Sequence record: SRR2962707_578
DNA length: 21,732 bases
Strand: one strand, 5' to 3'
Position numbers and translations under genes: made by a program
In this document: piece by piece, positions 8,130 through 17,318 of the stretch
Layout: each line of letters starts with the position of its first letter
Position numbering within the stretch: position 1 is the stretch's first letter
Notes under the pieces: model-generated
The model's database searches: none
Seen by the model: only the letters and a program-made list of their open reading frames with translations
Told to the model about the DNA's origin: nothing

Positions 8130-9263
8130 ATGAAAAAACAGAATATTCTCGTTGTGGACGACCGTCAGGAGAACCTGGTCGCCATGGAAGCGGTGCTGGA
8201 GGGGGAGGACCGTAATCTGATCATGGCGAAGTCCGGTGATGAAGCCCTGGCGCGGGCGCTCAAGTATGATCTTGCCCTGATTCTGCTCGACGTGCAGATG
8301 CCGGACATGGATGGCTTCGAGGTGGCCACGCTGTTACGGCAGAATCGCCGTACCCGGCACATTCCGATCATTTTCGTCACCGCCATTTCCAAGGATCAGA
8401 GCTACGTCTTCAAGGGTTATCAGCACGGCGCGGTGGACTACCTGTTCAAACCGGTGGATGAACAGATTCTGGAAGCCAAGGTCAATGTCTTCCTGGAGCT
8501 GGACCGTCAGCGCTGGCGCTTACGGCAGGCGGTGGTGCAGATGAAGCGGCTCAAGGACGAGAACGAGCGCTTGCTGCAGGCGCTGGGGGATGCAGTCATC
8601 GGCACCGACGCGGATGGCGTGGTCAGCTTCTGCAACGCGTCCGCCTGTGCATTACTGGACCGCGAACGGGATTCGCTGCTGAGCCGGCCGATCACGCAAG
8701 TCCTGCCTATCGTTGCAGGTGACGACCGCAACGCAAGCTGGCAGGATAGCCCCATATTCGCCCGTTGCTCGCAAGGGGAAGCCTGGGAAGGCGATTTGAC
8801 CCTGGAAAGCGGCAGCGAGGAAGCGCCTCAATACCTGCGGGTTCATGCCAATCCGGTGTGTCGTCAGGACGATCCGTTCACCGGGACGGTCTTCGTGCTG
8901 CGGCCGCGCCATGGCGAGGAACCGATGCGCGGACCGGAACGCCGCAAGCATCCCCGTAAACAGATGTTTCGGGAATTGGTGGTGTTTGATCGTGGCACCG
9001 GTGGTAATGTGGGCAGGCTGACCAATCTGAGCCTGGGCGGGTTCCGGCTGGCCATGCGCCGTGATGCGGCGCCTGGCGAGCACTGGGAACTGGGTATGGT
9101 GCTTCCGGATCGAATCGGAGACGTGAACACCATGAGCTTCGATGCCCGGGTGGTGTGGAGTGAGCAGGGAACCGGTCCTTCGGAATATCACGGGGGGTTC
9201 CAGTTCCTGGATCTCTCGGAGGCGAATCGGGAGATTGTGGAGACGTTAATGAACAGGTATTGA
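8130..9263 (+). CDS. Response regulator with REC-coiled coil-PAS-PilZ architecture
   Basis: ATG 1 nt after the cheB stop. REC (VVDD, LLDVQMP, FKP); PAS-like ([19 protein letters not shown]); PilZ signatures RxxxR (ERRKHPR) and NxSxxG (NLSLGG), followed by ARVVW...GFQF. Confidence 0.88.
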   Translation: MKKQNILVVDDRQENLVAMEAVLEGEDRNLIMAKSGDEALARALKYDLALILLDVQMPDMDGFEVATLLRQNRRTRHIPIIFVTAISKDQSYVFKGYQHGAVDYLFKPVDEQILEAKVNVFLELDRQRWRLRQAVVQMKRLKDENERLLQALGDAVIGTDADGVVSFCNASACALLDRERDSLLSRPITQVLPIVAGDDRNASWQDSPIFARCSQGEAWEGDLTLESGSEEAPQYLRVHANPVCRQDDPFTGTVFVLRPRHGEEPMRGPERRKHPRKQMFRELVVFDRGTGGNVGRLTNLSLGGFRLAMRRDAAPGEHWELGMVLPDRIGDVNTMSFDARVVWSEQGTGPSEYHGGFQFLDLSEANREIVETLMNRY

Positions 9264-9265
9264 CC

Positions 9266-10795
9266 ATGAGCGAAGCAGTCCTGGAAGGCACCGAAGAACG
9301 GCAATCGGCCGATATGGAAGAAGTGCAGGATGGCCCCTTGCTGTTGCCCTATGGTTTCGCGCGCCGCTTCGGCGTGCTGCTGAGGGAGAAAGAAGGGCGC
9401 CAGGAGTTATGCTGCCGCCGTGGTGCGAATCTGTCCGCGCTGTCCGAGGTGCAACGCTGGCTGGGCGCATTGCCGCCAGTGGTGACATTGGACGAGGGCG
9501 CTTTCAATACCGCCATGGCGCTGACCTATGAGCAGCAGCGTGGTGCCGCGGCGGAAGCCGCCGACAACCTGGAAGGCCTGGACCTGGCCAGCCTGGCGGA
9601 TTCTCTGCCGGAAACCTCCGATCTGCTGGAGCAGGAAGACGATGCTCCGATCATTCGCCTGATCAATGCCCTGTTTCAGGAAGCGATCCGCGAGAACGCT
9701 TCCGATATCCATATCGAAACCTTTGAACGTCGCCTGGTGGTGCGCATGCGCGTGGACGGTGTGCTGCGCGAAGTGCTGACGCCGAAACGGGAACTTGCGC
9801 CGCTGCTGGTCTCCCGGATCAAGGTCATGGCGCGTATGGACATCGCCGAGAAACGGGTTCCCCAGGACGGCCGTATTTCCCTGCGGCTCGGCGGCCGCGA
9901 TGTGGACGTGCGGGTATCGACCATGCCCTCCAGCAACGGTGAACGGGTGGTGCTGCGTCTGCTGGATAAACAGGCGGGGCGGCTGCAAGTCTCCCATCTG
10001 GGCATGGGCAAAGAGTGCGATTCGCGCATGCGCGAGTTGATCCATAAACCCCACGGCATCATTCTGGTTACCGGCCCCACCGGCTCCGGTAAAACCACCA
10101 CTCTGTACGCTTCCCTGACCGAACTGAACGAATCCACCCGTAATATCCTGACCGTGGAAGACCCGATCGAATATCAGCTCGAGGGAATCGGCCAAACCCA
10201 GGTCAATTCCAAGGTGGACATGACCTTCGCCCGTGGTTTGCGGGCGATTCTCCGTCAGGACCCGGACGTGGTGATGGTGGGGGAGATTCGCGACCTGGAA
10301 ACCGCCGAAATCGCGGTACAGGCGTCACTGACCGGGCACCTGGTGCTGTCCACCTTGCACACCAACACCGCGGTGGGCGCGGTGACCCGTTTGCAGGACA
10401 TGGGCATCGAACCCTTCCTGCTCTCCAGTTCCCTGCTTGGAGCCCTGGCGCAACGGCTGGTGAGAGTACTTTGCGATGACTGCAAGGAAGGCCATGAGCC
10501 CACCGAAAGCGAGCGCCAGTTAATGGGGCTGGCCCCGGACCAGGAAGCCACTTTGTATCGTCCGGTGGGCTGTGAAAAGTGTAATCATCAAGGCTACCGC
10601 GGGCGTACCGGCATTTATGAGCTGGTGATTATTGATGAGCCCATGCGTCAGCTGATTCATGACCGTGCCGGTGAGCTGAAACTGGCCCGCCATGCCCGCA
10701 CGCTGACGCCGAGTATCCGTGATGACGGCTGGCGCAAGGTGCTGGCCGGAGAAACCACCATCGAGGAAGTGCTGCGAGTCACTCGGGAAGACTGA
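9266..10795 (+). CDS. gspE: Type II secretion ATPase GspE
   Basis: [12 protein letters not shown]-terminus, [17 protein letters not shown], Walker [24 protein letters not shown], His box [10 protein letters not shown], tetracysteine CDDC...CEKC. ATG 9266 preferred to TTG 9260. Confidence 0.96.
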   Translation: MSEAVLEGTEERQSADMEEVQDGPLLLPYGFARRFGVLLREKEGRQELCCRRGANLSALSEVQRWLGALPPVVTLDEGAFNTAMALTYEQQRGAAAEAADNLEGLDLASLADSLPETSDLLEQEDDAPIIRLINALFQEAIRENASDIHIETFERRLVVRMRVDGVLREVLTPKRELAPLLVSRIKVMARMDIAEKRVPQDGRISLRLGGRDVDVRVSTMPSSNGERVVLRLLDKQAGRLQVSHLGMGKECDSRMRELIHKPHGIILVTGPTGSGKTTTLYASLTELNESTRNILTVEDPIEYQLEGIGQTQVNSKVDMTFARGLRAILRQDPDVVMVGEIRDLETAEIAVQASLTGHLVLSTLHTNTAVGAVTRLQDMGIEPFLLSSSLLGALAQRLVRVLCDDCKEGHEPTESERQLMGLAPDQEATLYRPVGCEKCNHQGYRGRTGIYELVIIDEPMRQLIHDRAGELKLARHARTLTPSIRDDGWRKVLAGETTIEEVLRVTRED

Positions 10796-10884
10796 TTCGC
10801 CGCTTTCAATAAGACGCCGGAAAGGCGCATGGAGAAATGTCGTGAAGTATGGAATTCGAGCAATCGGAGATGGCCGGCAAGCGT

Positions 10885-10902
10885 CTGTCATTCAACGGTC
10901 AT
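10885..10902 (+). promoter_or_regulatory. PHO-box-like (PhoB/OmpR-family) direct repeat upstream of gspF
   Basis: CTGTCAT-tcaa-CGGTCAT: 7-nt repeats with 11-bp period, 13/14 match to CTGTCAT-N4-CTGTCAT. Weak -10-like GACAGT begins 10 nt downstream (10913-10918). Confidence 0.6.
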
Positions 10903-10962
10903 GGTTTACGGTGACAGTGCCCCCACTTTGCGCCTCTGGGCAAGCAGTAACAGGCCGCCATC

Positions 10963-12183
10963 ATGCCCGCGTTTGAATACCGTTCCCTGGATCACCGGGG
11001 CAAAGTCAAAAAAGGCACCGCCGAGGCCGACAGCGCCCGCCAGGTCCGCCAACAGCTGCGGGACAAAGGCTGGGTGCCGCTGGAAGTGGTGGAAACCCGC
11101 GACCGGGGCGGGCAGGGCGGACTGCGCCTCTCCGGCGGCTCCAACAAACTCAAGGGTGGCGAGCAGGCGCTGGTGACGCGCCAGCTGGCGACACTGCTCA
11201 AATCCGGTTTGCCGGTGGAGCAGGCACTCTCCGCGGTGGCCAAGCAGGCCGCCAACCCGCGTGTCGAACGGATCATGATGGCGGTTCGCGCCAAGGTTCT
11301 CGAGGGCTTCAGTCTGGCCCGCGCCCTGGCGGAGTTCCCCCGTGCCTTTCCGGAAATGTATCGGGCCACGGTGGCGGCCGGTGAACAGAGCGGCCATCTG
11401 GAGCAGGTGCTCGAGCAACTGGCCGATTACCTGGAAACCCGCCATGACACCGGTCGTTCGGTATCGCAGGCGATGATTTACCCGGCCTTTATCATGGTCT
11501 TCTCCATGGTGCTGATCGCCTTCCTGATGACTTTCGTGGTGCCGAAAATGGTGGCGGTATTTGAAAACCGCGATCAGAAACTGCCCGCTATCACGGAAGT
11601 GGTGATCTGGCTCAGTGACTTTTCCCGCGACTGGGGCTGGTTGGTGGTGCTGGTTCTGATCGGCGCCATCGCGTTGTTTGCCCGGGCCCTGCGTGAACCC
11701 GGGTTTCGCCTGCGCGTGCATCGGCGTTTGGTCAATATCCCCCTGGTGGGTACCATGTTGCGCGCCTCGGATAGCGCCCGTCTGGCCAGCACCCTGGGCA
11801 TTCTCGGGCGCTCCGGCGTACCTTTGGTGGACGCTCTGTTCATTGCTGCCCAGGTGGTCGGCAACCTGGCTATCCGCGAGGCGGTCAAGAACGCGGCGGC
11901 ACGGGTGCGCGAGGGCGGCAACCTAAGCCGCGCGCTGGACAAGAGTGGTTTTTTCCCGCCCATGCTGGTGCAGATGATCGCCAGTGGCGAAACCTCCGGC
12001 GAGCTGGATCATATGCTCACCCGGGCGGCGGATTACCAGGAACGGGAGCTCAATAGTACGGTCAGTACTCTTGTGGGGCTGCTGGGGCCGATCATGCTGC
12101 TGGTGATGGCGGGATTCGTGATTATGATTGTCCTGGCGGTGATGCTGCCGATCATGCAGATGAACAATTTCATGGCGGGATAA
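10963..12183 (+). CDS. gspF: Type II secretion inner-membrane platform protein GspF
   Basis: MPAFEY...EADSARQVRQQLR, TRQLATL..SGLP, GEQSGHL, MIASGETSGELD; three TM helices. Confidence 0.96.
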   Translation: MPAFEYRSLDHRGKVKKGTAEADSARQVRQQLRDKGWVPLEVVETRDRGGQGGLRLSGGSNKLKGGEQALVTRQLATLLKSGLPVEQALSAVAKQAANPRVERIMMAVRAKVLEGFSLARALAEFPRAFPEMYRATVAAGEQSGHLEQVLEQLADYLETRHDTGRSVSQAMIYPAFIMVFSMVLIAFLMTFVVPKMVAVFENRDQKLPAITEVVIWLSDFSRDWGWLVVLVLIGAIALFARALREPGFRLRVHRRLVNIPLVGTMLRASDSARLASTLGILGRSGVPLVDALFIAAQVVGNLAIREAVKNAAARVREGGNLSRALDKSGFFPPMLVQMIASGETSGELDHMLTRAADYQERELNSTVSTLVGLLGPIMLLVMAGFVIMIVLAVMLPIMQMNNFMAG

Positions 12184-12197
12184 CCCCCCTTTTTCTT
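12174..12197 (+). terminator. Weak terminator-like hairpin at the gspF stop
   Basis: GGCGGG-ATAA-CCCCCC (one C-C mismatch) followed by TTTTTCTT. Confidence 0.25.
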
Positions 12198-12228
12198 AGG
12201 TGCTCGATAACGTAAAGAAGGTGAACAA

Positions 12229-12660
12229 ATGAAAACCAAGCGACGGAACCAGCGCGGTTTTACCCTCCTGGAAATCATGGTGGTGGTGGCGATTCTCGGC
12301 CTGCTGGCGGCGATGATCGTGCCCAATGTGATCGGTCAGGGCGAACAGGCCAAGGTCGATATTGCCAAGACCAACATGTCCCGCATTGTCCAGCAGCTGG
12401 ATATGTACAAGTTCAACAACGGCCGCTATCCGAGCACCGAGGAAGGTATCCGGGCTTTGGTGGAGCGCCCGGCGTCGGCGAAGAAGTGGCCCGAGGGAGG
12501 CTACCTGCCGCAGATTCCCCAGGACCCCTGGGGTAATGACTATGTCTATCTGAGCCCGGGCGTGGATGGTCCTTTCGATCTTTACTCCCTGGGAGCGGAC
12601 GGTGCTGAAGGCGGCACCGGTGTGGACGCGGACATCAGCTGGCGCGACAGCAGCAACTGA
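12229..12660 (+). CDS. gspG: Major pseudopilin GspG
   Basis: Prepilin site QRG|FTLLEIMVV, YPSTEEG, GGYL..IPQDPWGNDY.Y, DLYSLGADG. GAAGGTG RBS. Confidence 0.97.
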   Translation: MKTKRRNQRGFTLLEIMVVVAILGLLAAMIVPNVIGQGEQAKVDIAKTNMSRIVQQLDMYKFNNGRYPSTEEGIRALVERPASAKKWPEGGYLPQIPQDPWGNDYVYLSPGVDGPFDLYSLGADGAEGGTGVDADISWRDSSN

Positions 12661-12691
12661 CGCTGGCGACTGACGACCGGAAGGATCTGCC

Positions 12692-13411
12692 ATGCGGATG
12701 CAGCGCGGCTTCACCCTGCTGGAAATTCTGGTGGTTATCGGCCTGATGGCGCTGCTGTCCTTGGCCGTGCTGGTGGTGCCGGTGTGGACCGATGACGGCC
12801 GTCAGTTGGACACTAATGTAGCCAAGCTCACAGACCAACTGGTACTGCTCAATGAGCAAAGCCTGTTTTCTGGCCGGCTGATGGCGATGCGTTTCACCGA
12901 GCGCGGCTGGACCCCGGTGGAATACGATGTGGGAGCGCGGGTATTCCGCCCGGCGGAGGGGAACGGCCTCAGCGCTGAGTCCTTGCCGGAAGGCATTGAG
13001 TTGCTGTGGGAAGTGGAGGAGTTGGAGCGCGATGAGGATGACCGGGTGACACCGGTGAACCTCGGTGACGTGGCCAAAAGGCTGGTGGACGACAGCAAGT
13101 TTTCCGGAGGCATAGGATTGCTGGACAAAGAGCAGTCGGAGAAAGACGAGCAGGCCCGCTCCGAGCCCTTGCCCCAGGTATTTTTCTTCCCCAGTGGTGA
13201 AACCACGCCGGTGTTGCTCACGCTCCGCTCCATCAATGAGCCGGACCTGGAAGTCCGCCGGCGTCTCACCGCTCTTGGCCAGATTCGCGATCCGGATGAT
13301 GCGGAGGCCGTGCGCGAAGAGGAAGAGCGTAGTCAAACCATCCGCGAGATGCGCACCCGGACCAGCGAGGACCCCGGCAGTCTGTTCAACCTGAAGCGGG
13401 ACGAGCAATGA
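12692..13411 (+). CDS. gspH: Minor pseudopilin GspH (long, acidic)
   Basis: QRG|FTLLEILVV N-methylation motif and PQVFFFPSGETTP; located after gspG; AAGGA RBS. Confidence 0.85.
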   Translation: MRMQRGFTLLEILVVIGLMALLSLAVLVVPVWTDDGRQLDTNVAKLTDQLVLLNEQSLFSGRLMAMRFTERGWTPVEYDVGARVFRPAEGNGLSAESLPEGIELLWEVEELERDEDDRVTPVNLGDVAKRLVDDSKFSGGIGLLDKEQSEKDEQARSEPLPQVFFFPSGETTPVLLTLRSINEPDLEVRRRLTALGQIRDPDDAEAVREEEERSQTIREMRTRTSEDPGSLFNLKRDEQ

Positions 13412-13839
13412 AAACGCAGAGCGGGTTCACCCTGGTGGAAGTGCTGCTGGCCCTGGCCGTTCTGTCCCTGGCGATGATCGCGCTCGGGCAGACCCTGGGC
13501 GCCAGCGCCGTGGCCTACCGCAATATTGACGACACCCGTCTGGCTTACATGGTGGCGGCGGACAAGCTGGTGGAGATGCAAACCTTCCAGCTTTGGCCGG
13601 AAAACGGGGAACAGGATGACCGGGTCAAATATGGCGAGCGCGAATGGTGGGTGCAAACCAAAATCAGCGATGGGCCGTATCCGGATACTCGCCGGGTGGA
13701 TATCGATGTGGGGCCGTTGATCGACGATGAGGAAATGGGGTTGGCATACAGTCTCGCCAGTCTGATCGGCAAACCCGCCGCCGCCATGGGCGAGAACGGC
13801 AACGGCCCGAATAACAACCCGAACAACCCGGGGGGATAA
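13408..13839 (+). CDS. gspI: Minor pseudopilin GspI
   Basis: QSG|FTLVEVLLALAV, A..VA...L.E and RRVDIDV; ATGA overlap with gspH. Confidence 0.9.
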   Translation: MKTQSGFTLVEVLLALAVLSLAMIALGQTLGASAVAYRNIDDTRLAYMVAADKLVEMQTFQLWPENGEQDDRVKYGEREWWVQTKISDGPYPDTRRVDIDVGPLIDDEEMGLAYSLASLIGKPAAAMGENGNGPNNNPNNPGG

Positions 13840-14462
13840 TGCGCCAGCGTGGCTTTACCTTGCTGGAAATGCTGGTGGTGATCGGCATCTTCGCCATGAT
13901 GTACATAGTGGCGGTGGAGTTTCTCAGCAATGCGTTGGACAGCCGGGAGCAACTGGCCGAAGGCGCCACCGAGATGGAAAACAGCCAGCGCGCGGTGACC
14001 TATCTCACCCTTGACTTCGAGCAGCTTATCTCCCGCCCCGTACGGGATGGCTATGGCGACTACCAGCCGGCCATGATCGGCACCGAGCAATACGTGGAAT
14101 TCACTCGCCTGGGCTGGTCCAATCCCTTTCAACTGCGCCGCCGCAGTGAGATGCAGAGGGTCATCTATGTTTTCGAGAATGGCACTTTGTACCGTCGCTA
14201 CTGGCCGGTGCTCGATACCACCGTGGCCACGGAATATCAGGAAGACGTTCTGATCGATAACGTCAAACGCTTCACCGTGCGCTACCTGGACCAGAACGAT
14301 CAAGGGGAGTGGCAGTGGCTGGAATTCTGGCCCGAGCCGAATGTGGCGACCCAGCCGGTGTGGCTGCAACGGCTGCCACGCAGCGTCGAAATCAGCGTTG
14401 AACTGGACAATGGCGATGTTCTGCACCGCTTCTTCCGCACGGTGGTGAACCCATGGGCGTGA
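13839..14462 (+). CDS. gspJ: Minor pseudopilin GspJ
   Basis: QRG|FTLLEMLVV, RPVRDGYGD, FTRLGWSNP...RSEMQRVIY, LYRRYWPVLD, LPRSVEI; TAATG overlap with gspI. Confidence 0.93.
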   Translation: MRQRGFTLLEMLVVIGIFAMMYIVAVEFLSNALDSREQLAEGATEMENSQRAVTYLTLDFEQLISRPVRDGYGDYQPAMIGTEQYVEFTRLGWSNPFQLRRRSEMQRVIYVFENGTLYRRYWPVLDTTVATEYQEDVLIDNVKRFTVRYLDQNDQGEWQWLEFWPEPNVATQPVWLQRLPRSVEISVELDNGDVLHRFFRTVVNPWA

Positions 14463-15544
14463 CCGTGATGCGCCCGCGACGCCAGCGTGGCATGGCCCTG
14501 ATCATCGTTTTGATGCTGTTCGCCATCCTTGCCGCGGTGGCCACGGAGGTGATGTTCCGCCAGGACCGCTTCCGCACGCGCGCCGACAACCTGCTGCAAT
14601 GGGACAAGCGCTATCAATACGCCATGGCGGTGGAAGTGGTGGCCACTCAGGGCCTGATCGACGATCTGGAAGACGACAAGCGTAATAACGCCATGGTGGA
14701 CGATTGCGTGGAAGAGCAATGGGCGGTGGAATTGCCCGCCACGCCCTATGAAGACGCCATTCTCAGTGCCTCGGTGCAGGATTTGCAGGGCCGGTTCAAC
14801 CTCAACTGGCTGGGTACCGCCAGTGGTCCCGGATTTGAACGTAATGAGGAAAACCGGGAGCGCCTGCGAAGACTGCTGGAACAGGTGCTGCCGGAGCCGA
14901 ACAAGGCCTCCTTACTGTCCAATGAGATGGCGGACTGGATTGATACCAACAACATCGTCGACAACGTGGAAGGGGCGGAGGACACTGAGTATCGCTCCCG
15001 CCGCACGCCGAATATGGCGGTGGCTCACGAAACCGAATTGCGCGCGCTGCGCAGCTTCACCGTCGAGGATCTGTTTCCGGACATGATGATGTGGGGGCTG
15101 TTCACCGCGCTGCCATCGGGCTCCAAGCTGAATGTCAACACGGCACCGCAGCCGGTGCTGGACGCGGTGCTGGGGACCATGGCGGGCAACGATGCCGCCG
15201 AGGCGGTGATGGCGTTGCGCGAAGAAGGGCCGATCGTCAATGTCGATGACGTCATGGCCCTGGCCCCGTTTACGTCTCTGGATGACGAGCAAAAACAGAA
15301 CCTGGCGGGCATGCTGACGGTGGGCAGCGAATATTTCCAGATCATGGTGGATGTGGAAGTGGACGGGCAGGTCAGCCGTCTGGTCAGCCGGCTACGCCGC
15401 TCCTCCCAGGGCGGGCCGGACGGCACTCGGGTGTTCAGCCGGCAGGTAACGCCTCTGTTGAGCCCCCTCGAACCGGCCTGCAATCCCTTCTACAATGCGG
15501 AAAATGAAAGCAATAATACCGTGGAACTGAATCCGAACGGCTGA
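14459..15544 (+). CDS. gspK: Minor pseudopilin GspK
   Basis: QRG|MALIIVL (no Glu5, as typical for GspK), DLQGRFNLN, DWIDT, LNVNTAP, SEYF. Start uncertain (14453, GTG 14459 in a GTGA overlap, or 14468). Confidence 0.92.
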   Translation: MTVMRPRRQRGMALIIVLMLFAILAAVATEVMFRQDRFRTRADNLLQWDKRYQYAMAVEVVATQGLIDDLEDDKRNNAMVDDCVEEQWAVELPATPYEDAILSASVQDLQGRFNLNWLGTASGPGFERNEENRERLRRLLEQVLPEPNKASLLSNEMADWIDTNNIVDNVEGAEDTEYRSRRTPNMAVAHETELRALRSFTVEDLFPDMMMWGLFTALPSGSKLNVNTAPQPVLDAVLGTMAGNDAAEAVMALREEGPIVNVDDVMALAPFTSLDDEQKQNLAGMLTVGSEYFQIMVDVEVDGQVSRLVSRLRRSSQGGPDGTRVFSRQVTPLLSPLEPACNPFYNAENESNNTVELNPNG

Positions 15545-15585
15545 GCCCGTTGCGGCGGTTAAATAAACGGAAAAGGACGAAATTT

Positions 15586-16788
15586 GTGGCCACAGCACTG
15601 ATTTATCTGGCCCCGGGGGCATTCCGTAACGGACTCGCCGAAAGCCCGGCGCTGTACCAGGAATCGCCGGCGGACCCGGTGAGCGAGGGCAGTCTGTCAC
15701 AGGCTCTGGAGGTCCTGCATGGGAGCAGTGTACGGATCGTCATTAACGGCGCCGATGCCCTGTGCACCCATGTCAATCTGTCGCGGAAGCAGGCACGTCA
15801 TCTGCAAAGGGTGTTGCCGTTTCTGCTGGAGGAGCAATTGCTGGATGCTCCCGAGCGGCTTTGGTTCGCCGCCGGCAAGGGTGACCACGGCCGCTATCCG
15901 GTCACCGTGGTGGACCGGGAAGCCGTGGACGCGCTGCTGACCTTGTCCAGGGATGCGCAGGTGCACATCACCAGCATTAAATCCTTGGGGGACGTGCTGG
16001 CCCACGGCGCGCCCGTGGCGGTGGCGGTACCTGGCTGCCAGACACTGGTGCTGGATCGGGAGCGGGCCCTCGGCTACGCGGACGAAGCCCAACTGAACTC
16101 GCTGATGGCACTGTGCGCGACCCCGGAATCGGAGGGGTTCGAGATCACCGGGGAGCCGGCCCCAAACGACCCGGAACAGCCCCTGGCTCGCGTGGAGTCC
16201 CCCACCGCCCTGTTTCAGCAGCTTCGGGATGGCCTCAGTGACTCCAGCGCCGTGGAGATCCTGCAGGGGGCCCTGGCACCACGCCAGAATCGCCGCGGCG
16301 GCCCCTCGCCCTGGACGCCGTGGAAACCGGTGCTGGGATTGGCCGCGGCGGTGTTCGTCTTGTCCCTGGTCGCCTTGGGCGTCCAGACCTGGCGCTACGA
16401 ACGGGCCGCGGACCAGGCTCTCGCCGACGCCGGCAAACTCTACCAAAGCCTGTTCCCGGGGGATCGGGCCACCGCCGGTTTGCGGCGGCAATTCGAAGCC
16501 CGGCTGGCCCGCCTTTCCAGCGGCGGTGGCGCCACCAGCAATGCCAGGTTGTTCCAGGTGCTGCCCTCGGTGGCGGCGGTGCTTTCCGCCAGCGAAGTGG
16601 AACCCAAACGGCTGCAGTTCGATGAGCGTCAGGGTAATCTGCTGCTGGATCTGGGCGCCAAGGAATACGCCGACCTGGAGAAACTGCAAACCGCATTACG
16701 GGAAAAGGGCGTCAATGCGTCCATCGCCAACTATCGCAATGGGCCCAATGGGGTCACCGCGCGTATTCGGGTGGAGCAGGCCGGATGA
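15586..16788 (+). CDS. gspL: Type II secretion protein GspL
   Basis: LPFLLEEQL motif in the cytoplasmic actin-like domain, one TM helix, periplasmic tail. GTG 15586 with AAGGA 8 nt upstream. Confidence 0.88.
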   Translation: MATALIYLAPGAFRNGLAESPALYQESPADPVSEGSLSQALEVLHGSSVRIVINGADALCTHVNLSRKQARHLQRVLPFLLEEQLLDAPERLWFAAGKGDHGRYPVTVVDREAVDALLTLSRDAQVHITSIKSLGDVLAHGAPVAVAVPGCQTLVLDRERALGYADEAQLNSLMALCATPESEGFEITGEPAPNDPEQPLARVESPTALFQQLRDGLSDSSAVEILQGALAPRQNRRGGPSPWTPWKPVLGLAAAVFVLSLVALGVQTWRYERAADQALADAGKLYQSLFPGDRATAGLRRQFEARLARLSSGGGATSNARLFQVLPSVAAVLSASEVEPKRLQFDERQGNLLLDLGAKEYADLEKLQTALREKGVNASIANYRNGPNGVTARIRVEQAG

Positions 16789-17315
16789 AACAGCAATTAG
16801 AGCAAGCCCGAAGTCAATTGAACAAGCGGTTGCAGCCCGCCTTTGAATGGTACGCCTCCAGGGAACCCCGGGAGCAAACCATTCTGCAGTTGCTCGCCGC
16901 GGTCATCGTGTTGTTCCTGATTTACGCACTGATCTGGCAGCCAATCTGGAACGCACGGGAATCCGCCCGCCAGCGTTACGTCGCCAATGAGCAAACCCGT
17001 CAGTGGATCGAACTGAATGCGCCGGCGGTACGCGCAGCCCGGGGCCAAAGCGACAATCGCGACAAGGCCAGCGCCTTCGGCGATAACTGGGTTAGCGAGA
17101 TCAGTCGTTCGGCGCAGAACCACGGCCTTACCCTGCAGGGGTTCACTCCCGACGGTGACCGCTCGGTGAGGATTCAGCTGGAAGACCAGCCCGCCAACGC
17201 CGTGCTGATCTGGCTGCATTTCCTCGAAGAGCAGGGCCTCAACCTGGGCACCCTGGAACTGGGGCCGGGCAACGAGTCCGGCACCGCCACGCTACGTGCG
17301 TCTCTGAGCCGCTAG
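16785..17315 (+). CDS. gspM: Type II secretion protein GspM
   Basis: W...EPREQ..L + TM + IWQP, and LIWLHFLEEQG; ATGA overlap with gspL. Confidence 0.88.
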   Translation: MKQQLEQARSQLNKRLQPAFEWYASREPREQTILQLLAAVIVLFLIYALIWQPIWNARESARQRYVANEQTRQWIELNAPAVRAARGQSDNRDKASAFGDNWVSEISRSAQNHGLTLQGFTPDGDRSVRIQLEDQPANAVLIWLHFLEEQGLNLGTLELGPGNESGTATLRASLSR

Positions 17316-17318
17316 TCG

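Noticed and set aside
10829-11176. 115-aa ORF starting in the gspE-gspF gap
   Set aside because: Overlaps gspF out of frame with no recognisable features; the gap is better explained as regulatory DNA.
13795-13830. AACGGC/AACAACCCG micro-repeats at the gspI 3' end
   Set aside because: They simply encode a low-complexity Asn/Gly/Pro tail; not an array or mobile-element end.
9266-17315. Interpretation as type IV pilus or MSHA genes
   Set aside because: GspG/J/K/L/M-specific motifs and the E-F-G-H-I-J-K-L-M order indicate a T2SS.
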